Positions 52,992-62,335 of a stretch of DNA of 64,000 bases are shown here, piece after piece. The position numbers were made by a program, and so were the translations under genes. This DNA comes from a virus (lineage: Duplodnaviria > Caudoviricetes). Under the pieces are notes generated by a model that searched no databases, was not told the origin of the DNA, and worked only from the letters and a program-made list of their open reading frames with translations. The stretch spans positions 30,473 through 94,472 of the IMG/VR virus record IMGVR_UViG_2551306162_000001, one strand, 5' to 3'. The first letter of the stretch is position 1, and each line of letters begins with the position of its first letter.

Positions 52992-54745
52992 GCTGCGACC
53001 TGCTCACCGTGCAGGACCGCGCGCAGGCGACGTCCGAGCCACTCCCCCACCGCCGGCGAGACCGCGTTGCCGTAGCCGTCGACCTGGTTGCGCGCCGACC
53101 CCCACACCTTGAACGTGCCCGGCTGATCACCGAAGTCGGGATCGAACCCGCAGCCGCGGCCGACCTCGTAGGCGCGCAGCATCCGGAAATAGCAGTCCTC
53201 GAGCTGGATCTCGGCCAGGAGGTCACGCCATTCACCGACCACGAGTCCGGTGGTGTCGCGCGAGGTGAGGGTGCCGAACGGTTCGGTGACCGGGTGGGGC
53301 GCGGTCGCGTCGGCCCCGCTGCCGTTCTGCTTGAACCAGCCCGCGGCCGTGAGCAGGCCGGGGATCTGCTCCGAGGTGACTGTCGGCATCGCCTCGGCAT
53401 GGATCGTCGGCCGGGTGTTCTTGCGGAACGGGATGATTCCGGTGACCACGCCGAGGGTTTCGGAACCGGGCTGGGTCGGCAGCGCCGCGTCGACGCCGCG
53501 GGGCGCGCCCTGGTAGTTGGTGACCGAGGCGAACAGCAGCGCCCGGTCCTCGGTCGCGGTGACCGTGTCCATCGGGCGCGTGAAGTGCTGGCCGTCCCCG
53601 TTGTGGCGGTGCGCGAACATGACCGTGCCTGTAGCGACGGTGGCCGGCGGCGCGATGGGGCCGGTGGACAGGAGCGCGGTCTCCTGCTGGCTGGTCTGGG
53701 TGGCCATCGGCTGGCCGAGGTGCTTCTCGACACCGTGTACCGACTTCGCGGGCATGAGGACGGCGGGGAACTCGGCGAACCGGGCGCGGCAGCGTTCCGC
53801 GCGCGCCATGGTCGCCGGCGCGAGGGGTTTGGTGCGGTCGCCGATGCGGGTGCCGAGGTCGGACAGGTCGAGCGCGTTCAGTGACGGCGACATCGGCGGG
53901 ACGACTTCACGACGGCACCGCGGGCACCGGTAGTTGTACTGGGAGCCGTAGCGGACGGCGCCGGTCAGCGGGATACCGGTCTTCCACGACCACACGGCTT
54001 CCACGGCCTGGTCGCAGGCGTGGCACCACGACAGCGGGCAGTGGTCCAGGTCCGGGGTGGGCAGATGCTTCTGCCAGAACACCACGTAGAGGCGGTCGCG
54101 GGACTGCGGGACACCGAAGAACATGCTGTTCAACCGCAGCTCGCGGTACTCGTAGCCGATGGTGTCGAACTGCTTCAGCCACCACCGGTAGGTCGTCCCG
54201 TCGCCGATCTTCTTGCGGCCGGGGATCGCGGGCCCCCAGGAGACGAGTTCGGTCGTGCATTCGACGATGATCACCCGCGGCCGATGCCGGTCGGCGTAGT
54301 GGAGCACGCAGTTCGCGGTCGCCCGGTCCCGCTCCGAACGGGTCACGCGCTCATCGAATTCGGGGTCGTCGAGGTCGAACAGGTTCGCGCCCTGCTCGTA
54401 GGCCTTCTTCGTGTTCGCCTGGCTGTGGTTGACGCAGGAGACGCCGGCGACGAGGAGGTCGCCCGCGGGCAGGTCCCGCGCCGAGTGGTAGTCGGCGGAC
54501 TCGGGGTCGACGAGGTTCGCGATCCAGTGCTCGGCGTGCGGGTGGTTCGCCTCGTGGATCTGGACTTTGTAGTCGTTGTGGTTCGCGGCCATGATCGTGG
54601 TGAACCCTGCTGCTTCGATGCCCTGGGTGAGGCCGCCGAAGCCGCTGAAGAGGTCGACGGCGATGAGGTCGTCGTGGCGGAACCGTCGCTGTCGGGTGGC
54701 CGGCCGGTGGGTTGCGGTGCGGGCGCGGGTTTTGGTGGTGCTCAC
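52988..54745 (-). CDS. C5 cytosine DNA methyltransferase (divergent motifs)
   Basis: DLFSGFGG, GVSCVNHS, PQSRDR, GNAVSP. Confidence 0.88.
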   Translation of the reverse strand: MSTTKTRARTATHRPATRQRRFRHDDLIAVDLFSGFGGLTQGIEAAGFTTIMAANHNDYKVQIHEANHPHAEHWIANLVDPESADYHSARDLPAGDLLVAGVSCVNHSQANTKKAYEQGANLFDLDDPEFDERVTRSERDRATANCVLHYADRHRPRVIIVECTTELVSWGPAIPGRKKIGDGTTYRWWLKQFDTIGYEYRELRLNSMFFGVPQSRDRLYVVFWQKHLPTPDLDHCPLSWCHACDQAVEAVWSWKTGIPLTGAVRYGSQYNYRCPRCRREVVPPMSPSLNALDLSDLGTRIGDRTKPLAPATMARAERCRARFAEFPAVLMPAKSVHGVEKHLGQPMATQTSQQETALLSTGPIAPPATVATGTVMFAHRHNGDGQHFTRPMDTVTATEDRALLFASVTNYQGAPRGVDAALPTQPGSETLGVVTGIIPFRKNTRPTIHAEAMPTVTSEQIPGLLTAAGWFKQNGSGADATAPHPVTEPFGTLTSRDTTGLVVGEWRDLLAEIQLEDCYFRMLRAYEVGRGCGFDPDFGDQPGTFKVWGSARNQVDGYGNAVSPAVGEWLGRRLRAVLHGEQVAA

Positions 54746-54941
54746 AGCGGCGGCCTTTCTGCCGTGTTTTGGGGCGTTTCGGACACGGTTCCCTGTCGAA
54801 CGTGTGTTCGTGCGGGAGCGTGGATGCTGGGCGGGTGGATGGCGGCGTTGCGGACGGGCGCGGGGCGTCGTCGGCACCTGGAGGGGACTGCAGGTAACTG
54901 CGTCCCATGTACGGAGTTCCGTTTTGAGACCGTCTGGTTTG

Positions 54942-55325
54942 TCATGCTGCGGCCCGTTTCCGCACCAGCCGAGCCACGCACGGGCACCGCGCTTCGAGCC
55001 CGGATGCCGCGGTGCAGGCCTGTCCGGCGTCGGCGTGGCAGTTGGGGCAGGGGTCGGCGAGGGCGGCGTTGATCTGGTAGGCGGCGAGGACGGCGCGACG
55101 CTTCGGTGGGGGCTGGGGTGCGTTGCGGGCCTGGATTCCGACGACGATGTCGGCGATTTCGCGGGCGGTGGGCATGAACGCGTTGGTGCGCTGGTGGATG
55201 TGGATGGCTTCGGAGACGATGTCGAGGGGCAGCCCGCCGAGGATGTCGGTCCAGTGGCGGAGGGCGGTGTCGGTGACGCCGATCCCGATTTCTTCGAGGA
55301 TCGCCTCGATGTCAACCCGGTTCAT
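54942..55325 (-). CDS. helicase-loader-like protein with Zn finger
   Basis: W...L......A...H....MPT; CPNC......C. Confidence 0.5.
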   Translation of the reverse strand: MNRVDIEAILEEIGIGVTDTALRHWTDILGGLPLDIVSEAIHIHQRTNAFMPTAREIADIVVGIQARNAPQPPPKRRAVLAAYQINAALADPCPNCHADAGQACTAASGLEARCPCVARLVRKRAAA

Positions 55326-55882
55326 GCGGCGTCGCCTTCCTCGGTCGCGTCGCCGGTGAAGGCACGGAACGCGGGCTTGGGGCCCTGGCCTTCGCGCAGG
55401 AGCTTCCACAAGGGTTCGAGGTGCCGCGGGGGCTGTTCGAGCTGTTCGCGGGTGCGGGTGAGGCGGGCGCGGAGTTCGGTGGCCTGTTCGGGGGTGAGGG
55501 TGATCTCGGGGGTGCGGCCGTGGGCGACGGCGCGGGAGTAGCGGTGGGCGGTATTGGGGTGAAATCCCATGTCCTGGAGGGCGTAGTTGGCTTCGTCCAT
55601 GAGGCGGCGCCGGTCGTCGGGGAGGCCGCGCAGGGATTCGAAGTAGGCGGTTTTGGCGTGGGCGATGATGGAGGCGGGGATGGGCCGGTAGCCGGGGGCT
55701 TCGTTCTGGTAGGCGTGGTCGACGCCGGCGAGGAGTTCGTCGTGGCTGAGCCGGGAGTCGTCGAAGGCTTTGGCCCAGGCGACGATCGCGGTCTGGCTGG
55801 GGGTGGGGAACCAGAGGTCGTAGCCGGAGCAGCGCTGGAGGGCTTCGCGGGCGGTGTCGATGGGGCTGGGTGTGGCGGTCAT
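55322..55882 (-). CDS. replication-associated protein
   Basis: Follows initiator; YD.WFP.PS...AWA. Confidence 0.55.
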   Translation of the reverse strand: MTATPSPIDTAREALQRCSGYDLWFPTPSQTAIVAWAKAFDDSRLSHDELLAGVDHAYQNEAPGYRPIPASIIAHAKTAYFESLRGLPDDRRRLMDEANYALQDMGFHPNTAHRYSRAVAHGRTPEITLTPEQATELRARLTRTREQLEQPPRHLEPLWKLLREGQGPKPAFRAFTGDATEEGDAA

Positions 55883-56838
55883 GCGATCTCTTCCACGTAG
55901 TCGGCGTCGAGGATGGTGAGCAGGGGCCGGTCTCCCCCGCGCCCGGTGGGCAGGGCGGTCTGGTTGGTGCCGGGGATGAGCCCGAGGCTGCGTTTGGCGG
56001 CTTCGGCGGCTTCTTCCCAGCCGAGGACTTTGCGGTCGTTGTAGGCGAGGGGTGTGCCGCTGTTCGCGGTTGCGGCGGGTGCGCGGCGGGCTTTGACGGC
56101 GTCGTCGACGAGGTGCCGGAAGAGGCCGAGGCGGGCGTCGGGGCGCGCCATCCATGTTTCGAGTCCGGTGGCGATGTCGTCGGGGTCGACGCCGGCGTGC
56201 AGCAGCGCGGAGGCCTGGATGGCGAGCGCGGTGCGGGTGGGCTGGGAGAGGCCCTGGGTGGCGTGGCGGACGAGCTTCCAGCCGTCGGGCGGCACCGCGG
56301 GGCCGGTGGCCTCGGTGGTGGGTTCGCGCCGCGGCGGTTCGTCGTGCGCGTCCGCGTTGCTTACGTAAGCAGCGCTAGGTACGTAAGTAGAGTTCTCTTC
56401 TTCTATCTCTATCTCTGCTACGTTTTCGCTAAGCGGATCGCTAGCAGCTGCTAGCCCGCTGCTAGGCCGTTTCGGGGTGTTCCGCTTGGCGTTGGCCGCC
56501 TTCCGCAAACCGCCCTTCTGCCCGGCTGACCTGGCCTTTTCTTTGGCTGCGTCGACCTCGGCGCGCGTCTGGTTATGCTGCGCGTAGTCGTGGAAGATGA
56601 CGCAATTCTGTTCTGCGTCTTCGGAACAGACGCCGGTAGCGAGAACCGCTTTTCTGTTCCGATCTGTTCCCATCTTCCGCCACGCGGGGAGCGCGACGCG
56701 GCCGTCGGTGAGGTACTCGCGGCAGTGCATGATGGCCTTGACGATGAGCCACTTCTGGGCGTCGTTGAGCGACGCGAACTTCGGGTGGCGGTCCATGTCG
56801 ACGGCCAGCGTGATGAAGATCCGGTTGTCCTTCGGCAC
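55879..56838 (-). CDS. phage replication initiator (O-like)
   Basis: HPK...LTDG...HDY..HN; internal GCTAG repeats. Confidence 0.75.
   Translation of the reverse strand: MPKDNRIFITLAVDMDRHPKFASLNDAQKWLIVKAIMHCREYLTDGRVALPAWRKMGTDRNRKAVLATGVCSEDAEQNCVIFHDYAQHNQTRAEVDAAKEKARSAGQKGGLRKAANAKRNTPKRPSSGLAAASDPLSENVAEIEIEEENSTYVPSAAYVSNADAHDEPPRREPTTEATGPAVPPDGWKLVRHATQGLSQPTRTALAIQASALLHAGVDPDDIATGLETWMARPDARLGLFRHLVDDAVKARRAPAATANSGTPLAYNDRKVLGWEEAAEAAKRSLGLIPGTNQTALPTGRGGDRPLLTILDADYVEEIA
56357..56466. repeat. putative iteron origin within initiator gene
   Basis: GCTAG/GCTAC/GCTAA at ~10-12 bp spacing plus TC-rich tract and TACGTA palindromes. Confidence 0.55.
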
Positions 56839-56870
56839 TGCGTGGGTCCGTCCTTTCTGCTCGTGCGGGG

Positions 56871-57599
56871 TCAGGCGCTGCGGAGGCGGCCTCGCCGGTC
56901 GGCGAGGTTGCGGCGGTCGCTGGCCCGGTCGCAGGTCTTGCAGCGGCGGTGGCCGCGGCTGTCCCGGCGGGTGTTGGCGGGCGTGTACCGGTGACCGTTG
57001 AGGCAGACAGGCCGGTCGGCCAGGCGGATGCCGGTGGCGGCCCAGTCCGGCTGCACGCGCGGGTCGTCGATATCGAGGCCCTCCCACGCCAGCGGCGCGG
57101 CGAGACCGTGTTTGCGGGCCGTTGCGGCGGCACGCTGGCTCGGCCCTGGCGTGCCGGACAGCTCTTCGTAGAGGGCTCGGACGGCGGCCCAGCGGCCGTA
57201 GGTGACCCGCTGGGCGTTGCAGATCTGGCTGATCGTGCTGCTGTCGATCTCGAGGCGCTCGGCGATGTCCCACCGGGTCCAGCCGAGCGCCTGCAGTGCC
57301 TGGATGCGTCGGGTGGCGCCGATGGCGAGGACGCGGTGCTGGCGCGGGTGCGGGAGGTGTGTGACGGCCAGGATCCGGGCGGCCAGGGTCACGGTGATCT
57401 GCGCGTGGAGAGGCAGGTTCTGGATGACCTGGCGTGAGCACTCGGCGACGTAGCCGATCATCTGCGGGGTGACGCCGATGGCGTGCAGCTCCATGACATG
57501 TTCGACGACCGGCACGACGTCGGTGTAGAGCTCGATGCCGTTGGCTTTGCGCCACCGGTACCGCTTGGTGTCGAGGGTCCGCGGTGCGAGATCGCTCAT
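56871..57599 (-). CDS. HTH DNA-binding protein with C-terminal Zn motif
   Basis: GATRRIQALQALGW...IAE; CLNGH...CKTC. Confidence 0.7.
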   Translation of the reverse strand: MSDLAPRTLDTKRYRWRKANGIELYTDVVPVVEHVMELHAIGVTPQMIGYVAECSRQVIQNLPLHAQITVTLAARILAVTHLPHPRQHRVLAIGATRRIQALQALGWTRWDIAERLEIDSSTISQICNAQRVTYGRWAAVRALYEELSGTPGPSQRAAATARKHGLAAPLAWEGLDIDDPRVQPDWAATGIRLADRPVCLNGHRYTPANTRRDSRGHRRCKTCDRASDRRNLADRRGRLRSA

Positions 57600-58429
57600 G
57601 CTGCGGCCTCCTCGGCGAGCTTGCGCTTGCGGCGGCGCAGCAGGTGGTCGCCGGCCTTGCGGTCGATCTGCAAGGCTTCCGCGACCTGTGTCCCGGTCCA
57701 GCCGTGTGCGACGGCGTGATCGAGGAACGCTTCGCGCTCGGCGGCGGGGATGGTGCCGGCGGGCGCGGTGTGCTGGCCGGTGATGAGGCGCGCCAGCAGC
57801 ACCTCGTCGACCCCGGCCTCGGTGTCCGGGCTGTCCATGGCCGGGACCGCGTCCGGGTGGTCGATGTCGATGTCTTCCCAGGCCATGGGAGACGCGAATC
57901 CCTGGTTGATCGCCTTCTTCTGCCCAATCGTCGAGGGGCCGGGGCGGCCGGAGAGCCGTTCGTAGGCGCGGTGGATCGCTTCCCAGGTGCGACCTTGGAT
58001 GACGGTGACCCGCATGACGCGTCCGATGGTTGCGACGTAGTGAAGTCCGGATGCCTCGGCGATATCGCTGTAGCGCCAGCCGATAGCCAGCAGGGCACGG
58101 ATGCGTCGCTGGGCACCGAGTGAGGGCACGTACCGGTCCGCCTGAGCGGGGCAGGGCACGTGCGACACCTGCAGGAGCCTCTGCGCGTGCTGGGCTCGGG
58201 CTGTCGGGTAAACGCGCAGGCGATAGTTCGCGACGGTCTTCTGGGTGAGGCCTGCCGCGGCGGCGATCGAGCTGTCGTTGAATCCGAGCGACACCAGCCA
58301 GCACACGTGGTCCTGGGCGGGTGTGGCGTCGACGATCGTGGAGGGTGCGTTGCGGGCTCGGCGCAACCTCCAGAGCTTCTGGGCCTTGTACGTGCCGAGT
58401 ACGGGCACCGTGGAGGCGGTCGGGGTCAT
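57596..58429 (-). CDS. HTH DNA-binding protein (paralog of adjacent gene)
   Basis: GAQRRIRALLAIGW...IAE; P.AWE.IDID.P. Confidence 0.7.
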   Translation of the reverse strand: MTPTASTVPVLGTYKAQKLWRLRRARNAPSTIVDATPAQDHVCWLVSLGFNDSSIAAAAGLTQKTVANYRLRVYPTARAQHAQRLLQVSHVPCPAQADRYVPSLGAQRRIRALLAIGWRYSDIAEASGLHYVATIGRVMRVTVIQGRTWEAIHRAYERLSGRPGPSTIGQKKAINQGFASPMAWEDIDIDHPDAVPAMDSPDTEAGVDEVLLARLITGQHTAPAGTIPAAEREAFLDHAVAHGWTGTQVAEALQIDRKAGDHLLRRRKRKLAEEAAA

Positions 58430-59118
58430 GCTGCTTCGCTTTCAGGCACGGCCTGGATGGGCCATTCGGTGCGGACGCTGGAGAAGTCGCGGTCGTTGCG
58501 GCGCAGGTAGTCCCGGAACCGGTGGGCTTCCTCCCGGTACCAGTGGGTCTGGCGCTCCATCAGCTGGTCCGGCGTGTAGTCGGCGAGATAGGGGAAAACG
58601 CGCGGGAGTTTCCAGGCGAGGCGTGCCGCGGCGAGGGCGTCGGCTTCAGCGTCGTGCGCGTCCTCGAGGCGCATCCCGTAATGCATCATCACCGCGGACA
58701 ACTTCCGGGAGCCCTTGCGGAATCGGTCGACCTGTTTGTCGAGGACGAACGGGTCGACGACGAGGCCGGCGACGGCGAATCCGGGTGAGTGCGCGGCGAT
58801 CAGGGACAGGTCGAAGGACCCGTTGTAGATCGCCAGCGCGCGCCCTTCGGCCCACACCGCCTGCAGTTCGGTGACGACGTCGGTGACGACGTCGGCGTGG
58901 GGGCGGCCGTGCTTCTGGACGTACTCGTCGTCGTAGCCGTGGATCTCGGTGGCCGCGGCCGGGATCGGGACGCCGGGGTCGGCGACCCAATGCCGGCGGG
59001 CGACGTCGCCGCCGTCGATCCGGAGGACGCACGCGGTGACGATCCGCGCGGTGTGCGGGTCCGGGCTAGTTGTCTCGAGGTCAAAGCTGGCCAGGGGCAG
59101 GGTCGTCCAGCTAGTCAC
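58426..59118 (-). CDS. DnaQ-like exonuclease
   Basis: FDLETT, YNGSFD, AHDAEADA. Confidence 0.9.
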   Translation of the reverse strand: MTSWTTLPLASFDLETTSPDPHTARIVTACVLRIDGGDVARRHWVADPGVPIPAAATEIHGYDDEYVQKHGRPHADVVTDVVTELQAVWAEGRALAIYNGSFDLSLIAAHSPGFAVAGLVVDPFVLDKQVDRFRKGSRKLSAVMMHYGMRLEDAHDAEADALAAARLAWKLPRVFPYLADYTPDQLMERQTHWYREEAHRFRDYLRRNDRDFSSVRTEWPIQAVPESEAA

Positions 59119-59347
59119 GGTCGCCCCGTTCAGTGGCTGCGGCGATGGATTCGCCGGGCAGGACGTAGATGGCGTGCAGGCCGGGGTTCGCGTTGGCGTA
59201 GCGCAACGCCTTCAGCTCCTGGTCGCCGAAGTTGACGACCTCGTAGCAGTCGCCGCCCTGCCCCGGCCGAGATCCCTCGACCGGGTAGACGAGCCACGAA
59301 CCGTCGACGACGTCGGAGGCCACCGTGAGGTTGTCGCGCCGCATCAC
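59111..59347 (-). CDS. hypothetical protein
   Basis: ELKALRYA motif. Confidence 0.5.
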   Translation of the reverse strand: MMRRDNLTVASDVVDGSWLVYPVEGSRPGQGGDCYEVVNFGDQELKALRYANANPGLHAIYVLPGESIAAATERGDRD

Positions 59348-59982
59348 TGCTCCGGCGGGATGTCGGAGTAGTCGGCCGGGGCGTCGGGGACGTGCCCGTC
59401 GGACGGCGCGGCCTGCTCAGCGCTGACGGTGTTGGCGCGGTCTTTCCACAGCTGCACGAGTCGGTTCCGGTGCTGGCCGAGGTTGAACGTCTTGAGTAGG
59501 GCGACGATCGTGTCGAGCGCTTCGTGGGTTTCGGCCCGCTCGATGTCTGCGGCGATCTCCTCGGCCTGCTCGGCGGTAATCAGGGGTGGCCCAGCGGGGA
59601 GCGGCTCGACCACGTACGGCTTGCGCTGCCCGCGGGTGACGGTCAGTGCGAGGGTCAGCTTCCTGGGGATATCGGACATGTGGGAGATGCGGATGCCACC
59701 GACCTTCTCGGGACCGAAACGGATCTCGGGGTCGCGGTAGATCTTCAGGCGGCGGCCCGTGTATGCCTTGGCGTCCGCGCCCCAGGCGTTGATGAGGACC
59801 CGGATCATCGATTTGCCCGGTCGGTACGGCCGACCGGGGCCGAACTCGGCGGTGACGATCTCGACCGGCTGTTCGGCGTTGCCGCGGCGAGTTTCGACGA
59901 TGGTGACCACGCGCGGTCCCGACATCAGGTCGTCGGCGTTGATCTGGTCGGACTTGGGGGCGGCGGCGTCGGAGATGTCCAT
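59344..59982 (-). CDS. putative ssDNA-annealing partner of YqaJ
   Basis: PKSDQINADDL...P.KSM.RVL...GGIRISHMS; adjacent to YqaJ. Confidence 0.6.
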   Translation of the reverse strand: MDISDAAAPKSDQINADDLMSGPRVVTIVETRRGNAEQPVEIVTAEFGPGRPYRPGKSMIRVLINAWGADAKAYTGRRLKIYRDPEIRFGPEKVGGIRISHMSDIPRKLTLALTVTRGQRKPYVVEPLPAGPPLITAEQAEEIAADIERAETHEALDTIVALLKTFNLGQHRNRLVQLWKDRANTVSAEQAAPSDGHVPDAPADYSDIPPEQ

Positions 59983-59983
59983 G

Positions 59984-60862
59984 TCAGAAGCTCATTTCGG
60001 TGAGTTCGCGTTCGGTGGTCGGCAGGCCTTCGACCGCGGCGCGATAGCGGCGGATCATGTCGGCGGCGGTGTCCTCGAAGGCCTTGCCTGCGGCGAGGAT
60101 CGCGTTGAACCAGCGGCGGTCCGGGTAGACCCGTGTGACCCACATCGGCATGCCGCCGGCGTAGCTGACGTAGTCGAGCCAGGACCGGCCGGAGACGAGC
60201 AGTCCTGCCTGGCACTGGGCCATGTTGTCGGCGGGGACGCGTCCGGCGAGGATGTGTTCGACGTGGATCTTTGGGCGTCGGGACTTGATTTCGATCAGGC
60301 CGTCGGCCCCGACGAGTCCGTCCGGTGAGTAGCCGAGGTGGAAGCCGGGGTATTCGCGGACCATGAAGCCGGTCTCGGTGACCGCGGCGTAGTGCTCGCT
60401 GTACTTGTCGCGGGCGCGGGGTTCGTCTTCGATGCCGCGGAACATGTCGTCGCTCATGAACACCGGGTCGGTCCAGCCGGTGATGCGTTCGGCTACGAGC
60501 AGTGCCGTGAGGCTGCGCGAGGTGTCGTTGTTGGCGACCTCGAGGACGGTGTGTGCGGCGTGACGGCGTGCCATGTCGGCGCGTTCGGCGTGGAGCGACT
60601 TGATGGTGGTGTCGGCGTGGACCTTGCTGCGGCAGGACTCGCTGGGGGGCGCGTCGCAGGCGGGGCAGGTGTAGTCGATCGCGGACAGTTTCCGGGCGCT
60701 GATGAGGCTGCCGATCGTGGAGGCGGTGAGCATTCCGCAGCGCTGGGCCAGCCACTCGTCCGAGCCCTGGATGAGGTTCGGATAGAGGACGAGGCGGGAT
60801 TGCGGCCATTCCTGGCTGCCACGCTCAGCGCGGGGGAGTTCTTGGTGCAGAGCGGGATTCAC
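59984..60862 (-). CDS. YqaJ / lambda-exonuclease family nuclease with Zn-finger insert
   Basis: QGSDEW..R...TAS, GYSPDGLV, EIK, QCQ. Confidence 0.88.
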   Translation of the reverse strand: MNPALHQELPRAERGSQEWPQSRLVLYPNLIQGSDEWLAQRCGMLTASTIGSLISARKLSAIDYTCPACDAPPSESCRSKVHADTTIKSLHAERADMARRHAAHTVLEVANNDTSRSLTALLVAERITGWTDPVFMSDDMFRGIEDEPRARDKYSEHYAAVTETGFMVREYPGFHLGYSPDGLVGADGLIEIKSRRPKIHVEHILAGRVPADNMAQCQAGLLVSGRSWLDYVSYAGGMPMWVTRVYPDRRWFNAILAAGKAFEDTAADMIRRYRAAVEGLPTTERELTEMSF

Positions 60863-61064
60863 CACAGGGGGCTCCAATGGGCCAGCCAGGGTGCGGCGCC
60901 GAGGAAGATGCCGAGGGCGATGCACCAGGCGTATGCGGTCGAAGAGTTCTCGGCTCGTCGGAGCCGGGATGTAGGGTGCGGGGCGGTCATGCTGCGGAGT
61001 CCTTTCGTCGCGCGGTGTGACCAGCCAGTCCCCCAGGGCCATGGGGGGCTGGCACCTAACAACT

Positions 61065-61117
61065 TGGTGCAGTTCATTGCACTGCATTACAGTACGTTGG
61101 ACAGAACTCTTTCGCAA
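61065..61117 (-). promoter_or_regulatory. main leftward early promoter in pentamer array
   Basis: TTGCGA-N17-TACTGT. Confidence 0.7.
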
Positions 61118-61120
61118 GGC

Positions 61121-61302
61121 GTTGTGCGTTGCGCACCAGTTGCGCACCCTGTTGCGCGGGGTGTTGCGCGCGACGAAGGACACGTCTCTTACACGGGAAC
61201 CGCCCTGAACTGGGCAGATGACGGGTATCGTGGGAGGAAAGTCACGGCTCGTTACAGTTGACTGTCTTCTGTTGCGCTCTATTACGCGATAACATGCGCA
61301 AC
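61121..61302. promoter_or_regulatory. GTTGCGC operator repeats in immunity region
   Basis: Copies at 61128, 61139, 61151, 61163, 61271 and inverted at 61296. Confidence 0.55.
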
Positions 61303-61335
61303 GGAAGGAACCACCCACTTGCGAGAGGCACGCTG

Positions 61336-61824
61336 ATGATCGAAGTCGTGGCCCCGCCACCTACCTCCAGCCGATGGTGGCCATACGTGTCGTCGAACAT
61401 GGAGGCCAGCGGGGTGAAGGACGTCGTCAGGCTGTCCGAGCTCACGGGCATTCCGAAGTCCACGATCTACAACTGGGGACGGCAATTCGAGAGCGGCACC
61501 GGGAGTTTCCGGACCGATGTCGATCACGTGCGGCGCATCGCCTACGCACTGAACCGTCCGGTGCTCGAGGCGTTTGTGAACGCCGGACTGCTGTCCCGGG
61601 ACGACCTGGACGAGGACGTGCCGCAGGTGGCGCCCCCAGTCGAGGACCTGACCAACGATGCCCTCATCGCCGAGATCGCCCGGCGACTGAAGAAGGCTGG
61701 GAAGGATGCGGCCGCCGCGGAGCCGAGCGAGGCGGAAGCCGAGGCACCGGCGCGCGGTAAGCCGGGCCGGCGGCGGGCCACGCCGGTCGGGCAGGTGGTT
61801 CGCCGGCCGAAGCCGCGGGCTTGA
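61336..61824 (+). CDS. immunity repressor-like HTH protein
   Basis: LSELTGIPKSTIYNW...IAYALNRPVLEAFVNAGLL; divergent from early operon. Confidence 0.8.
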   Translation: MIEVVAPPPTSSRWWPYVSSNMEASGVKDVVRLSELTGIPKSTIYNWGRQFESGTGSFRTDVDHVRRIAYALNRPVLEAFVNAGLLSRDDLDEDVPQVAPPVEDLTNDALIAEIARRLKKAGKDAAAAEPSEAEAEAPARGKPGRRRATPVGQVVRRPKPRA

Positions 61825-61851
61825 TGCGCCCATGACTTGACGTTCAACGAG

Positions 61852-61880
61852 AACGGCCCCCGCCGATGGCGGGGGCCGTT
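61852..61880. terminator. bidirectional terminator
   Basis: AACGGCCCCCGCC-GAT-GGCGGGGGCCGTT. Confidence 0.7.
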
Positions 61881-61897
61881 TCAGTCTCTGTGCTCAG

Positions 61898-62335
61898 TCA
61901 GGCTGCGGCGCGCTGGGCGCGGCGGGTGATCTCGATGGCGCGGACGCGTTCGGCGAAGGGGTCGCCGTCGTCGACGGGGACGCTGATTTCGGTGTGCCAG
62001 GTGCCGTCGGGGGTCTGGATCCAGGCGTCCTGGGCGCTGGGTCGGTGGACGAAGGCTTCGACGCCGAGCTGGCAGAGGACTTCGAGTTCGTCGTCGGTGA
62101 CGCCTCCGGGTCCGTCGTGGTCGCGCGGCCACACCCCGACGCCGCCGTCCGATTCGACGGTGAGGTGCCCGATCTCCTTCCACATCTGCCCGTCGTCGGA
62201 GAACCAGTAGGCGGCGACGCGGTCGGGCGGGTGGGTGGTGACTCCGAGGTCGGCGACTCCGTCGGAGAGGTCGGGGTGGAGGGGGATGGGATGGAAGGGG
62301 CTGATCTTGGGGCCTGGATCGGGGCTGAGCGTCAT
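61898..62335 (-). CDS. hypothetical protein
   Basis: RBS AGGA, GC3 bias. Confidence 0.5.
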   Translation of the reverse strand: MTLSPDPGPKISPFHPIPLHPDLSDGVADLGVTTHPPDRVAAYWFSDDGQMWKEIGHLTVESDGGVGVWPRDHDGPGGVTDDELEVLCQLGVEAFVHRPSAQDAWIQTPDGTWHTEISVPVDDGDPFAERVRAIEITRRAQRAAA

